A DNA stretch of 64,000 nt from Lepidodermella squamata (lineage: Eukaryota; Animalia; Gastrotricha): assembly GCA_047495785.1 (NCBI GenBank), contig JBLDXI010000031.1, positions 620,001 through 684,000 of the forward strand, in the 5' to 3' direction. How positions within the stretch are numbered: the first letter of the stretch is position 1; each line of letters starts with the position of its first letter. The notes beneath the pieces were generated by a model. The model had not been told where the DNA came from, made no database searches, and saw only the letters and a program-made list of their open reading frames with translations. Position numbers and translations under genes: made by a program. Of this stretch, positions 23,565 through 35,902 are shown piece by piece.

Positions 23565-25872
23565 TTATCTGTTACTAAAGAAACTCATGAAACTCGTGCG
23601 ACTTGGTTTTTCAATCGGAAGCGCTTCAAAGATCTTGCGAGTCTTATCTATGCGCTTTTCAAAAAACATGAATTCGGGATAAGTATCGACAAGATCAGCC
23701 GGTTTTTTTCCATCACTGTCTTTAACTGTAACCAAAGCGCTACATCTGTCTATCAGCATCTGCACGACTTCAGGATTAAAAGACTCGGCGGCGTAATGCA
23801 AAGGCGTGCGGCCTGTTTTATCGACAGCTGTCACGTCAGCCTTGTAATTATTGATCAGTAACTGCACGAAAGAAGCGTTGCCATTACCCGCAGCCAAATG
23901 CAAAAGCGTCCGGCTGTTTTTATCAACAGCTTTCGCATCCGCTCCATATGTGCCTATCAGCAACTGCACAACTTCAGCGCGGCCATACTTTGCAGCCGAT
24001 TGTAAAGGCATCCAGCCATCGTCATCGGCAGCCTTCTCATCCGCTCCGTATTCGTCGATCAGCAACTGCACGAGTGAAGCTTCGCCTCTCTGTGCAGCCA
24101 AATGCAAAGGCGTCACTTTGTTACGATCAACAGCTTTCGCATTGGCTTTGTGGTTGTCGATCAGCAGCTTGACGACTGCAGCGTGGCCATGTTCTGCAGC
24201 GAAATGCAAAGGTGTTCGGCCGCGTCCATCAACAGCGTTCTCATCCGCTCCGTATTTTTCGATCAGCAACTGCACGAGTGATGCGTGGCCATTGCAAGCA
24301 GCATAATGCAAAGGCATCCTACCGCTCCTAGACGCACCTTTCACATCTTCTCCATATTTGTCGATCAGCAACTGCACGACTGAAGCGTGGCCATTCATTG
24401 CAGCGGAATGCAAAGGCTTCCAGCCAACGTTATCAGCAGCTTTTACGTCCGCTCGGTATTTCTCGGCCAAGATGCTCACAATGTTGATGTGACCTCGTCG
24501 CGCGGCCAAATATAAGGGCGTCTCGCTGTCCTTATTCTTGCAATCAACATTTAGTTTGCCTGCGAAATTAGTCATGATTCGGCAAACCCGAAGCAGAAAG
24601 CCTTTTTCGGCGCATCTCAACAGCTCCTGTGAATTCGTCAAAGTTTCATTGAATAAACTGAACTAACGTCTAGTCAAACCTTCTCTGCATCTTCCTTGCT
24701 TACTGGAATCGGGTCAACGTCTAACCTAATAGCATATGTGATCAGTTGGTCCACTGTTGGTCTCTTCTGGGGTTGGTCGCTGGGATCACTCATCATCGAG
24801 ATAACTAGTTTACTAGTCTCTTCTGAATATCCAATCAGTCTAGGCAGCTCTCTGAAATTAGATGTTGGTGTTACCTAAAGCAGAAACAACGTATCGTGGG
24901 CTCACTGTGACTTTCTAAGTGCTTCGCAATGCCCGAATACGTCAATTCCAGCGTTCTCGCCGTTGAACTGTCTCAACGTCAAATATCAATATGAAGCCCA
25001 TTCTGTCATAATTTTAATCTCACCGGTCTACGGCCGCTAGCAACTTCGTAGAGAGTCACTCCGAGTGACCAAATATCGCAAGGCTTCGTGTGCTCCAAAC
25101 GAATAAAAACAGCAGGCGATGCATAGTCGTACGTTTTCAAAACTGCCATATCATAAGACGGCTTAATACTTGAATAAGCGCATAATTAGATCAGATTTGA
25201 TTATGGAAACTAAGCATACGCTATCAAGTTTTTGGTCAGTCCGAACCCGCCAATTTTGGGAATCTTCCTATCCTTACTAAGGTAGATGTTTTTCGGAGTG
25301 ATGTCGCGATGAATGATATCCTTGTCATGGAGGACCTGGATGGCAAGCAAAAGCTGAAAAATCCAGTCAGCAAACTGATCCTTGGAAATTCTCTGGTCCA
25401 AATGAATGTAATCCTCCAATGTACCATGAGGGCAATATTCCATGATCAAATAATACATCTCAAAACCTGCCTTCGTCGAATCAGGCCCCTGATATTCCTC
25501 TGTAATGGGAAGAATTACTTTTTCACATGATTTTCGTCCAAACAAACTCACCTCTAAACGCACCATAAACTTCGACAAGGAAAATATCACTAATATTCGC
25601 CAATTTAGCGTGCTGTGGTGGAGGATCGGAATTCAAAAGATTTTCTCATGGAAGACATCATTGAAAATAACCTCTTCCAAGCTGCTTTTAACGATGATAT
25701 CAACGAATTTCCCGCCGAATCGTTCGTCTTTTCGCATGGCGGTCAAGTTCACTTCTTTGACAGCGTAATCTTCACCGCCCCATCGAGCGAGAAATACTTC
25801 GCCGAATTCCCCAGCTGGACCGAGGCTTCTGACAAAGGTAAATTCACTGACTGAAGTAAATTTAAGGGGCAT
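23565..25872 (-). CDS. Protein (pseudo)kinase fused to C-terminal ankyrin repeats (7 exons)
   Basis: Exons 25872-25672, 25612-25552, 25499-25220, 25168-25024, 24967-24941, 24874-24704 and 24626-23565 splice in frame. Kinase motifs GEFGEV, YAVK, HRDITPKN, GGFG and DIWSLG are followed by about 8-9 TPLHxAA ankyrin repeats. Confidence 0.8.
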
Positions 25873-26353
25873 TTTTCCAAATAGAGTCTTGTTTTTACAG
25901 CAGCAAGAACTTATAATTCTGAAAAGCTGACAAGTAATTTAAAGTATGGCGGTAGAACAGATAAGGATAAGGATAGATAAGGATGAACTGATGACAAAAT
26001 GTAGCCTGAATCATCCAATTATGTCGGTGAGACAACGGAATAAAAAACGGCGATAAAACTCGTCTCAACATCAACGGGGCCAAATAAGTAGGAACTGGTG
26101 AAGCTAAATTTTATCATAATTGCCGGTTGCTAAGATCCCTGTCCATCAAAACATGTGATCGTACCACTAACAAGAGGCTTCTTGCAAGTTTTGAATTATA
26201 AACAATCAGTATAAAACTCAAAAGCTGGAATCCTTGCTAAAATCACCATGCACACGTTTATTTTATATTCATTTCAAAAGGGAGTACAAAACAGCTCCTG
26301 GAATAGAAAAATTGACGAGGAGCGGCAAAATCGCCGTCCTCAGCAGCGTATCT

Positions 26354-28688
26354 TCAATTTTGAGATGCGGAATAAACGTTGTTCGACCTTCTGACAACCA
26401 TTATCATAAATACAACAGCAGGATAGATGAGTAACATCGTAGACATGAATGCTTTTAAAGCTAAAGGTTGATCTGCGACCATGGCCGAAACAGCAATAGC
26501 CGCCATGAAAAGAGTCAAAGCCACAGCATTGGCTGCCTTCGTCCTCTGAATGTCCAGAGAGACATTCTTCCCGCGCAATTTTAGCGCGCAGAGGCAACCA
26601 GCTATCAACGGAATCGCATTAAGGACGATTAAAACAGCTTGAATGACAGACCCAGCGCCATCTCGATGGCTGAGTTGGCATATGATCGACTTCTTATCAA
26701 TCCAAGCATCAGAATCTTCGTAATAGTTGGAAGAGAGTGTAACCTCAGTGACAGTAGGTTGGTCCCCGAGTATCCACGCAACGATTCCGATAACATTGAG
26801 AAGAGTGAAGATCGTCACTTTCGATGCTAAATTTTCACCTTGAACTTCGACCACCACCATGGGCTCGGTACTAGAGCGATGCTTCTTTCGAATGCCGGAG
26901 ACATTCGACGCTGAATCAACTCTTTCGATTGTTTCTCTGCCCATCGAGAAAGCAGCAAGGCTATTTCTCTGTTTCATCAACGTTGTTTCAGTTCGTCTAA
27001 TACGGGACTGGGTAACCTTTAGCAATAAGCCAAGTCCAAGAGATGAATTAGTAAGGCTAACCCCTAAAACAACTAGGATGATACGTAAGTAGCAGCTTGG
27101 GGCAATTGTTAATGCCTTTGAAGTTGCGAAAGAAATGCTAGAACAGAAAATAAGAATTACACCAAGGTAAAGAGGGTTCTTCATCATTGACCATCCTTTC
27201 AGCCTGATATTGACTCCTAACGTCACGAGGATTCCAAAAGAGCTCAAAACCACGATTGCTATGAAGCCTGATAGGGGGAATTCTAGGTAGACAGTAGTTT
27301 TGCTTGCTCCATCAGCTGGGAAAACCGGCAGACGGGTCAACTCATCGATTTTGAAGACAGCGTTCATTTCATCAGCGCAGTTCTGTGCACATGTCATTTG
27401 ATATCGAACTTCGATCGCCTGCTTCTCCTCAGACCAAGTCCCGAGTAACTGTGGCTCTTCGTCCCACTCCATGCGTTTTGAGTATTTGATTGCCCCAAAC
27501 CTCAAATCACGAACTTCTGCCGAGAAACTTTGCTGAGCAATCTCAACAACACGACTTGGGTCGATACGATAAGATTCGAAAGTCAAATTATTCGCATTTA
27601 AAAGCTGATTCGTAATGTTGAGTCGAACTATCGTATGAAGGGCGGAATCGTAGCAGAGATGTCGAAATTGGAAATCCCCTGCAGGTCTCGATTTGTTTGT
27701 ATAGGCATCAAGTTCAATGTTGAATTGCTCAAGGGTCCTTCCGAGAGAGTCAACACTTGTAGCAGAGGGTGGCAGCCAGATTTCAGTCGGGGCGCCGACA
27801 TAGATCGTCGACTTCAACTGCTCAAGTAGAACTTGCCTCGTGCACTTCGACCACGGCATTGGTGGTAGGAATGGCGGGAAGAATTGTGAGACCATTGGGA
27901 GAATGAATCGATATTTCAGTCCTGTTATCCCGTGCTTGTAAGCCATGCAGAGGAAACCAAGAGCCATCCATCCTTCGTTCGACTCCAAGTTGAATATTCG
28001 GATATCAAGCCGTTTCAAATGAAGGATGAAATCATCATTGAAGTCGGGACTTGCTTCGAAAACCGTGATTTCATAACCGTGGTAATTTGCGACTTTGAGT
28101 AAGAAGCTACCTGTTTCCATATTGTAAGAATTTGCCGATAAATGCATGATAATGGCCATTCTCTTCACATGGCTAGCCTTTGAAGAACGAAATGCGGCTA
28201 GTCATGTAAGCCTGGGCTGGCCCGCGAATTCGATTTAGGTACGGATATTTTGATCGTTTATCAATCAAGCCAGGAGCGTTACAAGATGACCCGATCCCAA
28301 TAAGGTCCAGGTGATGTAAGATGGTACCGGAAGCTTTGCAGCCAACGCTTTGAAGCGGGCCTGTTGTAATAGGTGATAGAACCCTCCATGAATCCAGTGG
28401 CTGTCGAATAAACTCGAAGGTGCTTCTGACAGCCAACATCCCAGCGATGCCTTCGTTTCGGTAGTCAAAGGTCAATTTGTACTCGGGTAAGATATCGCTG
28501 CGTCTATTCACATCTTCAACAACCATCTGCTGAACTGAGCGGCAGTATTGGAATGTCAGAGGGTCGAATCCAGTGAAAGGATGCAAGGATAGAACGACCA
28601 ATTCCTTAGTCTTATTAGCCACGGCACTGCTGGTTGTAATCAGTATTTGAGTGATGAGAATTCGAAGCATAAGTCCCGCTGCATTCAT
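26354..28688 (-). CDS. Second intronless GABA-B-like class C GPCR, interrupted by a 1-bp frameshift near 28180
   Basis: VNRRSDILPEYKL VFT motif in ORF 28173-28688 and the remainder plus 7TM in 26354-28168. Removing one A from TTCAAAGGCTAG joins the two frames (SFFKASHVKRMAII). Confidence 0.8.
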
Positions 28689-29617
28689 CTTTTTGATGTT
28701 ATGTTTTGATAACTGCGAAAATAATGATAGTTAACTCAAGAGAAGCTCATCGTTGAATAAGAGACGGATCAGCATGGCTGTTTCGCTGGTCGGAAATTCG
28801 TGGGCAAGATTGTCATGCATAGTCTGAAATAGAATGTTGACTAATTTACCTAAAACGGAAATTCAGTAATCCCTTTGTCCCCATCACGGCGGCTGCGGTT
28901 GGCACTTTAAAAGTTGCTTTCATCCGTTTTCCAGCGCTCGAAGCTCGCGACACTTAGAAGGCTTCTGACTGGGTGTGTCATTTAAGATCTTGGCGCTCAT
29001 TTCACTCTATAACGCGTTTTTCTACGGGTTATAGTTTGAGTGTTCGTTTCTTCGTTTAAGACCCAAGAAAGCGAGACAGTGACAGAAAGCATGCTGAATT
29101 GTGTTTTATTCTTGAAATACACCAGGGCTCATTATGAAGCTCATAATTCGTAATCTATATTCTTGGGAATTAATTTAAAGTGACCGAAGAAAGGCGAAAG
29201 CCAATAAAGCGACAACTATTCCAGCATAAAGACGAAGTATCATCCTGTCAGCAGTCAAGTTCTTTCGAAACGTTTTTCGATTCGTCTCGAAAAATCGCCT
29301 ATTTTGTGATATTGCTCGCCCAATCCCGTAGCTTAAATGGCTTCTTTGACTGCATGGGTCTTGACAGATCGCATCAATTTCGGAGCCATAGTCTCGTTTC
29401 AAATTAAAGAGTTGTGCAACGATAGCTGTTTCTAAAAGCAATATAATTCTAAGCGGTATCATACTATGCGTAGGATTTACTGAATAAAAGCCATTCATGA
29501 TCCAGCTAATAAATATCTGACCGCTCACATGAACAACTGTGCAAACACTTCAGTACATTTCAGGTTGTCAACAATGCTCCTTCAAGTTTTGACTCGGCCT
29601 TATCTTGTCATCATTCT

Positions 29618-30722
29618 TCAACTCTCTTCTAACAACCTTTTCAAGTAAGTAACAAGAGTGTCAACGCCATGTAGAAAGTTATCATCAGCGGCTCCATTGG
29701 CGTCGAAAACGTGCGCAAAATCGATGATTTTCACTGTAACCAATCGACTCGAAATTGCTTCGCCGGCTTCATGACAAAGAAGCAGAGATGATGAATAAAA
29801 GCAGTAAGAACGCTGTGACCGGAACCAATCGCCGATTTGCACCAGCTTTTTTATTGTTCCTTCCACACATCGGCGACGCAAATTCTCGCCGCCAAAGAAA
29901 ACTCTGAATACTGCAAACTTTTTCAAGTCAAAATGCTATAAAACAAAGAAATCTTCCACCTTTTGAATTCAGCTCATCGGGATTGACATTTCGCGTGTAG
30001 TCTGAATAGAATGTTTCTGTCTTGAATTTTTCGCTTTCAAGTTGCTTCAGATTTGTCTGAGAAATGATTTTGAGGTGAAATTTGTTTAGCTACATAGACG
30101 GCTTACCTTGAATCCGATTACTTGAAAGCCTGTCTCATTAGCGTAGCGGCTTTTGGAAGTCGCCCTTAACCGCTTTTCCTCTGAAGCATTCGGGTCCCAG
30201 GTTCGGCGACCAATTTTGACATCCATGACAGCCGAAGGTCGTACGTCGGACAGCCGGGTTACGTCTTCGAGTCTCATGTATTCAACGCCATTCTCTAGCT
30301 TTCCAACGGTGCCGTAGAATCGGGGAATGAATGGGCGCAGGGCTATCAAGGCTTCATCTGAGCAATCTGGGGCGAAAACCCGGGAATAAAATGCACATTC
30401 CAACGCCCCGCGTGGGAAGCTTTGGATAGGTTTTAGGATGATACCACGTTTAGTCGTATCGGTTAAAAAGCCGATCTTGCCATTTCTAAACATATGTCCA
30501 CCAACTTGATTGGGCAGCGGCATGGTTCCCTAATGATTAGCAAATCATCAGGTATTTCAGTTGAACACAATCGCTCCTCACCTTAGGTATGGCGAGCTTT
30601 TGATCGATTTCATAGGAAGAGTAGGTAGGGACTGGGAACTTGTTGGAAACTTTCTGAATGAAAAGTTGATCTTCTTTGTCGCAGGTGGTTGCAGTATTAT
30701 AATCATCAGCGTTTGAGGTCAT
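29618..30722 (-). CDS. IPMK: Inositol polyphosphate multikinase (4 exons; start uncertain)
   Basis: Motifs IPK|GTMPLPNQVGGH, LEDVT, PSAVMDVKIG (PxxxDxKxG), SSLL and IIDFAH. GT-AG introns near 30580, 30105 and 29955. Confidence 0.85.
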
Positions 30723-31772
30723 TGTTTTCAGAATTTGGCTAAAATATGCTGCCGAACATAGTAGCAGATGAAAAACACTTGCTTTGTGCCAAATAGGTAA
30801 CCACCTGGTTTTACAAGTAGACATAGGCAGAAAGAAATTGGTGGGATCCTTTGGATATCGACTCACTTTTACACCGGCTAAAGAAATGATATTATGAAAT
30901 GAGCTATTTCTCAGTTTTATTAATTATTAAAAAAATTCACAATTCACACATTTTGGCTGAGTTCAGTTCGAGGTGCATCATCGTGATAGCCAACGCCTCC
31001 TGTGTAAACTTTCATTTTTTTAAACATGTGATCGGATTAACAAAAAATTTCCGCATGCATATTATGCACTTCAATTATAGTCTGACCGTCTTGCGCAAAC
31101 ACAGCATTACAATCCACGAGGGTTTTCTCAGCCTCTTTCGCCATGGGAAACGGAAAATCATCCCTTCTCCCAGCTTCAGAAGGCGGTGCAATATCTTGAC
31201 AATCAGATAGCAAGAAAATATGTGAATAGCATCAAGGGAAAGAATAAGGAAAGAAACCAAGAAAAATTCGAATATTTCTTCATTCCACATGAGAACCTTT
31301 TCTCATCATTCTCGTCGTAAATCAGATACAGAGATGAATTATCTGTCGTGTAGCCTAAATTTAAATTTACGATCCTATTCCGTTTAGAAGATTTTTCCGA
31401 GTATGGCCAAATTTCAACTTTTTGCTTCACTAGTACCAAATGACCGCTGCCTTTTGTTTTCCACTCCAGTCGCTCCACCTTCTTACTTTTTCACTTCTGT
31501 TTCAGATTTAACTGACCGTATTTGCCAACCCGTGAACAAACAAACATGCTTACTGCACACACGAGAGTCGTTTCATCGCGTAAACAAACCAGCCACCAGG
31601 TAGTAACCTTTTCGAGCTATCTCGCAAAACCAATGTATGAACAAGCCGCTTCTTGTCCCATTATTTAGGAAGTTTCTGAGCTATTCCAGTACGCCTGGCT
31701 TCGAGCCAAAGATACACTACCAATGACTCAGTTCGTCCATTTCAATTTTTCGCACTGATTCAAGAACATCTG

Positions 31773-32423
31773 ATGGCATTGTTACCTATCGACTTGGCAA
31801 TCCTTGTGTTACCCTTTCTGTCTCTGGCCACAGCCCAGGAGGCCAATTCAACAGATATTTCCGACGCTCCTCTGCTGGATACAACAACCCAGGAAGCTAA
31901 TTCCACTGAATTCCTAGACACCCCACTGCTTGATACAACATTTATAAAGCAAGGCGCAGATACGAAGCAGAAAAGGTTTTCTGGTATCTGGTACGAAATT
32001 TACCGCCATCGGTCAATGTTTTACGAGTCTGGCATCAACAATTATGTTTTATGGCTATCAGACCAGGATGGCACGTTGAAAGCATCCGCTCAGGAGTATC
32101 TTCCATGGCGAGATCGCTGGGAAGGCATTACTGCAGTCGGACATCGAAGCCAGCGAGACCCTTCGTCCTACATCGTGAAATTTCTCGATTTCGCAACAAG
32201 CCCGCCCATGATAGTGAGAATCGCTGAGACTGACTACGAATCTTACGCGATAATTTACGCAGAAATGGACTACTACGGCGTTTATAAGAGCCGCTTCGGC
32301 TGGATACTGAGCCGGTCTCGTTTCATCAGCGATAAAATGGAGGACTATGCGTTTGAAATTCTTCAAAGCCAATACGGCCTAGATCGATCTGAATTCGTCA
32401 AAACCCGGCACACTTATTTGTAA
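31773..32423 (+). CDS. Secreted lipocalin
   Basis: Signal peptide; duplicated QEANST...PLLDTT; FSGIWY, ETDYE and GWILSR motifs. Confidence 0.9.
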   Translation: MALLPIDLAILVLPFLSLATAQEANSTDISDAPLLDTTTQEANSTEFLDTPLLDTTFIKQGADTKQKRFSGIWYEIYRHRSMFYESGINNYVLWLSDQDGTLKASAQEYLPWRDRWEGITAVGHRSQRDPSSYIVKFLDFATSPPMIVRIAETDYESYAIIYAEMDYYGVYKSRFGWILSRSRFISDKMEDYAFEILQSQYGLDRSEFVKTRHTYL

Positions 32424-32880
32424 TTTTGAGCAAACACCCATTTTTATTTGACGGCCCATGCTGTAAAGACGTGTTAATAAAGCTATTTTGTCAAATGAAA
32501 ACGGGTGTTTATGAAAAAACCGGGTTGTTATCGCAATCTTATTGTCAATCTTTATGAGGCTAAGGCTGACGTGTGTATGTATCACTGGCTGATAATATCA
32601 GCGTCTTGGGGCCTCAGTGCAGTCTTGGAGACAATAGCATGCGTCTCTGCCTATTGTGCTACTGCAGAACAATGGCAAGGTCGTGTTCGAGAGGCTGATG
32701 AGTTGTGTATTCTCATCCCGCTTGTCATTGATCTGTCATGAAGCAAAAACGCAGACCACAAGAGCTACTTGACCTGCGCATACAAAAATGGTCCCGGAAC
32801 CGAGGCTAATTAACCACCGGTATAAATACCGAAGAGGCAATCAGATTAATCCCGGTTGAGTTTCTTCCATTCAAAAAATC

Positions 32881-33475
32881 ATGAATTCTGCCATCGTTTT
32901 CCTCGGACTTCTTGTCGTTACTTGCTCTGCCTGGGATAGCAGCAAAGTAAGTGAATATGAAAGATCGAAATATCTACGTTTCATTTTGTTTTCAGACCGA
33001 TGATAAATTTGAGCCTGAGAAATACCTTGGTTCATGGTTTGAGGTCTATCGCCACAAAACAGTCGCTCTTTTCGAGAGGGGAACCGACAGCTTCGTGTCT
33101 TACATCAACCAGACTAATGGAACCTTCATGGCAGAGGCCAGAGATTACGATCCAGATAAAAAGCAATACACTGTCAAGCGAAATGCTTTTGAGTTGGACA
33201 AAGAGCAACCCTGGAAGTTGAATATCGAATACTCCGAGGCTATAACTGCCAACGCTACTGTCCTTGCTACAGACTACGAAAATTTCGCTGCGATCCATGT
33301 TGATGCATTGATTTTGAAAGCGTTGAAACAGACTTTCGGATGGATTTACAGCCGCAAGCCTAAACATCTAGATCAGAAATACATCGATCAAGCTTTTGCG
33401 GCTTTCAGCCGGGTTGGTATTCCTAAAGAAGATTTCGAGAAGACGCGCTTTGTTTTGGATTACGGAACAATCTGA
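32881..33475 (+). CDS. Secreted lipocalin (2 exons)
   Basis: Exons 32881-32946 and 32996-33475; YLGSWF, ATDYE, GWIYSR; TATAAA at 32821. Confidence 0.9.
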
Positions 33476-33642
33476 GAGTCTTGATACAAAGCGAGAGACG
33501 GTTGTCAAGTGACAATCGAAAATAAAGAAAGCGCACTACCTTAAAAAGTGTTTTGTAACATATCACTAGACACACTTAACTTTGCACCAGGATACACCCA
33601 CCCCTGGATTTTTATTCATTCAAAAGCAGAAAAGCAGTAGCT

Positions 33643-34339
33643 ATGGACGAATTTCTCAGTATTATTCTGTTATATGCCTTGTCACTAAATAATACGAGTA
33701 ACCCAGCAATTCAGAGCTTACAAAATATCCAATCGAACACGTTTATGAAAGTAAATTCAGTTTTAACCATAGATTCCTGTGCCTAATTCTCCTTTTCAGC
33801 AGCCTGTTGTACAGCAATCAGTACAAACAGTAACACCAGCCGAGAATTTTGAGCTTTCGCGGTTTCTCGGAGCCTGGCGGGAGATTTATCGCCACAAAAA
33901 CGCAAGATTTGGCTATGGAACAGATAACATCGTGATCTTCTCGAATAATTACGATGGAACGCTACAAATGGAGCGCAGGCAATGGCTGGCGGACCATAAC
34001 AGGTGGGAAATTGGGCGAGATATCTTGCTTATAGACTCGAAAGACTCGAGGCATATGCGAATCTACAATTCGCCATTCAACAACGCGACAGTCACTGAAT
34101 TACGAGTTCTTGAGACTGATTACGCCACTTATGCTCTTGTTGTTGTTGAATCGTCGATTTACAACGCCTACAACAGCAAATATGGCTGGTTGCTGTCTCG
34201 TCTTCCCAGCCTGAGTGAAGATTTTGAGAAGCGATGCCTGGATAAATTGGCTGAACGCGGAGGAATGAATCGGTCGGATTTTGTCAAAACTGAACAACTC
34301 CTGAAAATGTTTGATCTGTTCAATTTGTTTAAGGTTTGA
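33643..34339 (+). CDS. Secreted lipocalin (2 exons)
   Basis: Exons 33643-33750 and 33800-34339; FLGAWR, ETDY, GWLLSR. The stop codon lies inside the foldback arm. Confidence 0.85.
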
Positions 34340-34685
34340 TGCAGGATCGAGCAGACATCTCCATTCTTCCGATGAAAGAATACTCTCTGCTCTGATACCG
34401 ATATGTGCTTCGGGAGTGGGGTATATCGTTCGTGGCGCGGAAGAACCCGCACTTCGATGATTTTTTGCCCTGACTGTACCCCGCGAGTACAGCATAACGC
34501 GCAGTATTGCATATACTATCCAAGGCTGTACTCGCGGGGTACAGTCAGGGCAAAAAATCATCGAAGTGCGGGTTCTTCCGCGCCACGAACGATATACCCC
34601 ACTCCCGAAGCACATATCGGTATCAGAGCAGAGAGTATTCTTTCATCGGAAGAATGGAGATGTCTGCTCGATCCTGCATCAAACC
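34333..34685. mobile_element. Foldback/MITE: apparently perfect 161-bp inverted arms with a 31-bp spacer
   Basis: 34333-34493 is the reverse complement of 34525-34685. The left flank is TTAA and the right flank is CTTGA. Confidence 0.85.
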
Positions 34686-34919
34686 CTTGACCCTGGCCTA
34701 TTATCACGTAAAAATGATGTTAAGATGTACGTGAGTGTTATAGCAAACATCAATATATTACCCTTGATACCATGCTATTTTTTTATCGCAAAGTGATTCC
34801 ATTCACCTTGCATCGCCGCCGTCAGGTGAGGCAAAAACATCGGCAATACAGCGCAATCATTTTACAATAATAACATCACTGCCAAATCAAACATAATAAT
34901 ATACCTCCAAGGGAAGAAA

Positions 34920-35527
34920 ATGAAAGCAGTGTTTCTATTAGCTGTTTTCGCATCAATCGCCGATAATTCCGATTGCCTCTATCACGCTGTGAGATTTGAA
35001 CAAAACAATCCTACTAATTTCATCGAATTCCTTTACAGGACTCTGAGAAGCCATTCGATGTTTATTCTTATACTGGCAAATGGTACGAAATTTATCGAAC
35101 GAAAAACATCCCATACGAGTCTGGTACCGACATCTCAGCGACTTATAGCTTGAGCTCGAACGGCGTTACGCTAAATGTCTACAACGAACAATATCTGCCT
35201 GATTCTAAAACTTGGGACACTATGAGGGGAGTTGCGTATCAAATCGACCCTTACCACCCGACGCATCTAGCTGTTCGCTTCTCGCCCTGGCTCCGGCCTG
35301 GCGTCTTTCAAGTCCTAGGCACGGATTATGATAACTATTCGGTTGTTTATGGCGAGAGAATTGTGAGCGGGCAGGTTGAGAAGATTGCATGGGTCCTGGC
35401 TCGGACTCCTCAGGCGAGCTACAACGATCTCAGATCAGCATTTGATTTGCTAGGTAACACTGTTGGACTGAGCGAGAGTGATTTCACGAAAACAGCACAA
35501 GGAGTTGCGCCTCTCAATACTCATTGA
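34920..35527 (+). CDS. Secreted lipocalin (2 exons)
   Basis: Exons 34920-34988 and 35039-35527; FDVYSYTGKWY, GTDYDN, AWVLAR. Confidence 0.88.
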
Positions 35528-35902
35528 CACAAAACCTCATTTTTGTCCATAATCAGTTCAATTTTGTTCCTAATTGACTTCTTTCTCTCTTGAAAGTAGA
35601 AAATTAATTCACTCTGTTGGTCTAGAATGTTCTTTCTTGTTCACGTGAAGAGAAACCTGTGCCCACTTACTTTTTGTCGTGCCATCAAAAACACTTGACC
35701 TACAACCAATTACAAAAAATGGAGAGAGTAATAAAAGGAAAAGCGGCTATTTGAATAGAAGTTTGACACGTAACTATTTGTCTGCCGATGTAGCTCAGCC
35801 CACTTATGTCGGCGAATTTAACTGACCTGGTAATTCGGGACCCAGCCTGGCTATATAAACCGGCAGACTTGGGATCAGTTTCGACAGTTTCCGCGATTAA
35901 AC

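Noticed and set aside
24660-25872. Kinase pseudogene suggested by the fragmented ORFs
   Set aside because: All stops fall inside plausible GT-AG introns, and the spliced frame is open.
29175-29528. ORF with a hydrophobic C-terminus downstream of IPMK
   Set aside because: No recognisable motif or reliable start/splice model; it may be 3' UTR.
34100-34796. Mirror-image ORFs on both strands (MCFGSGVYRSW...)
   Set aside because: They are a by-product of the palindrome, with no coding signature.
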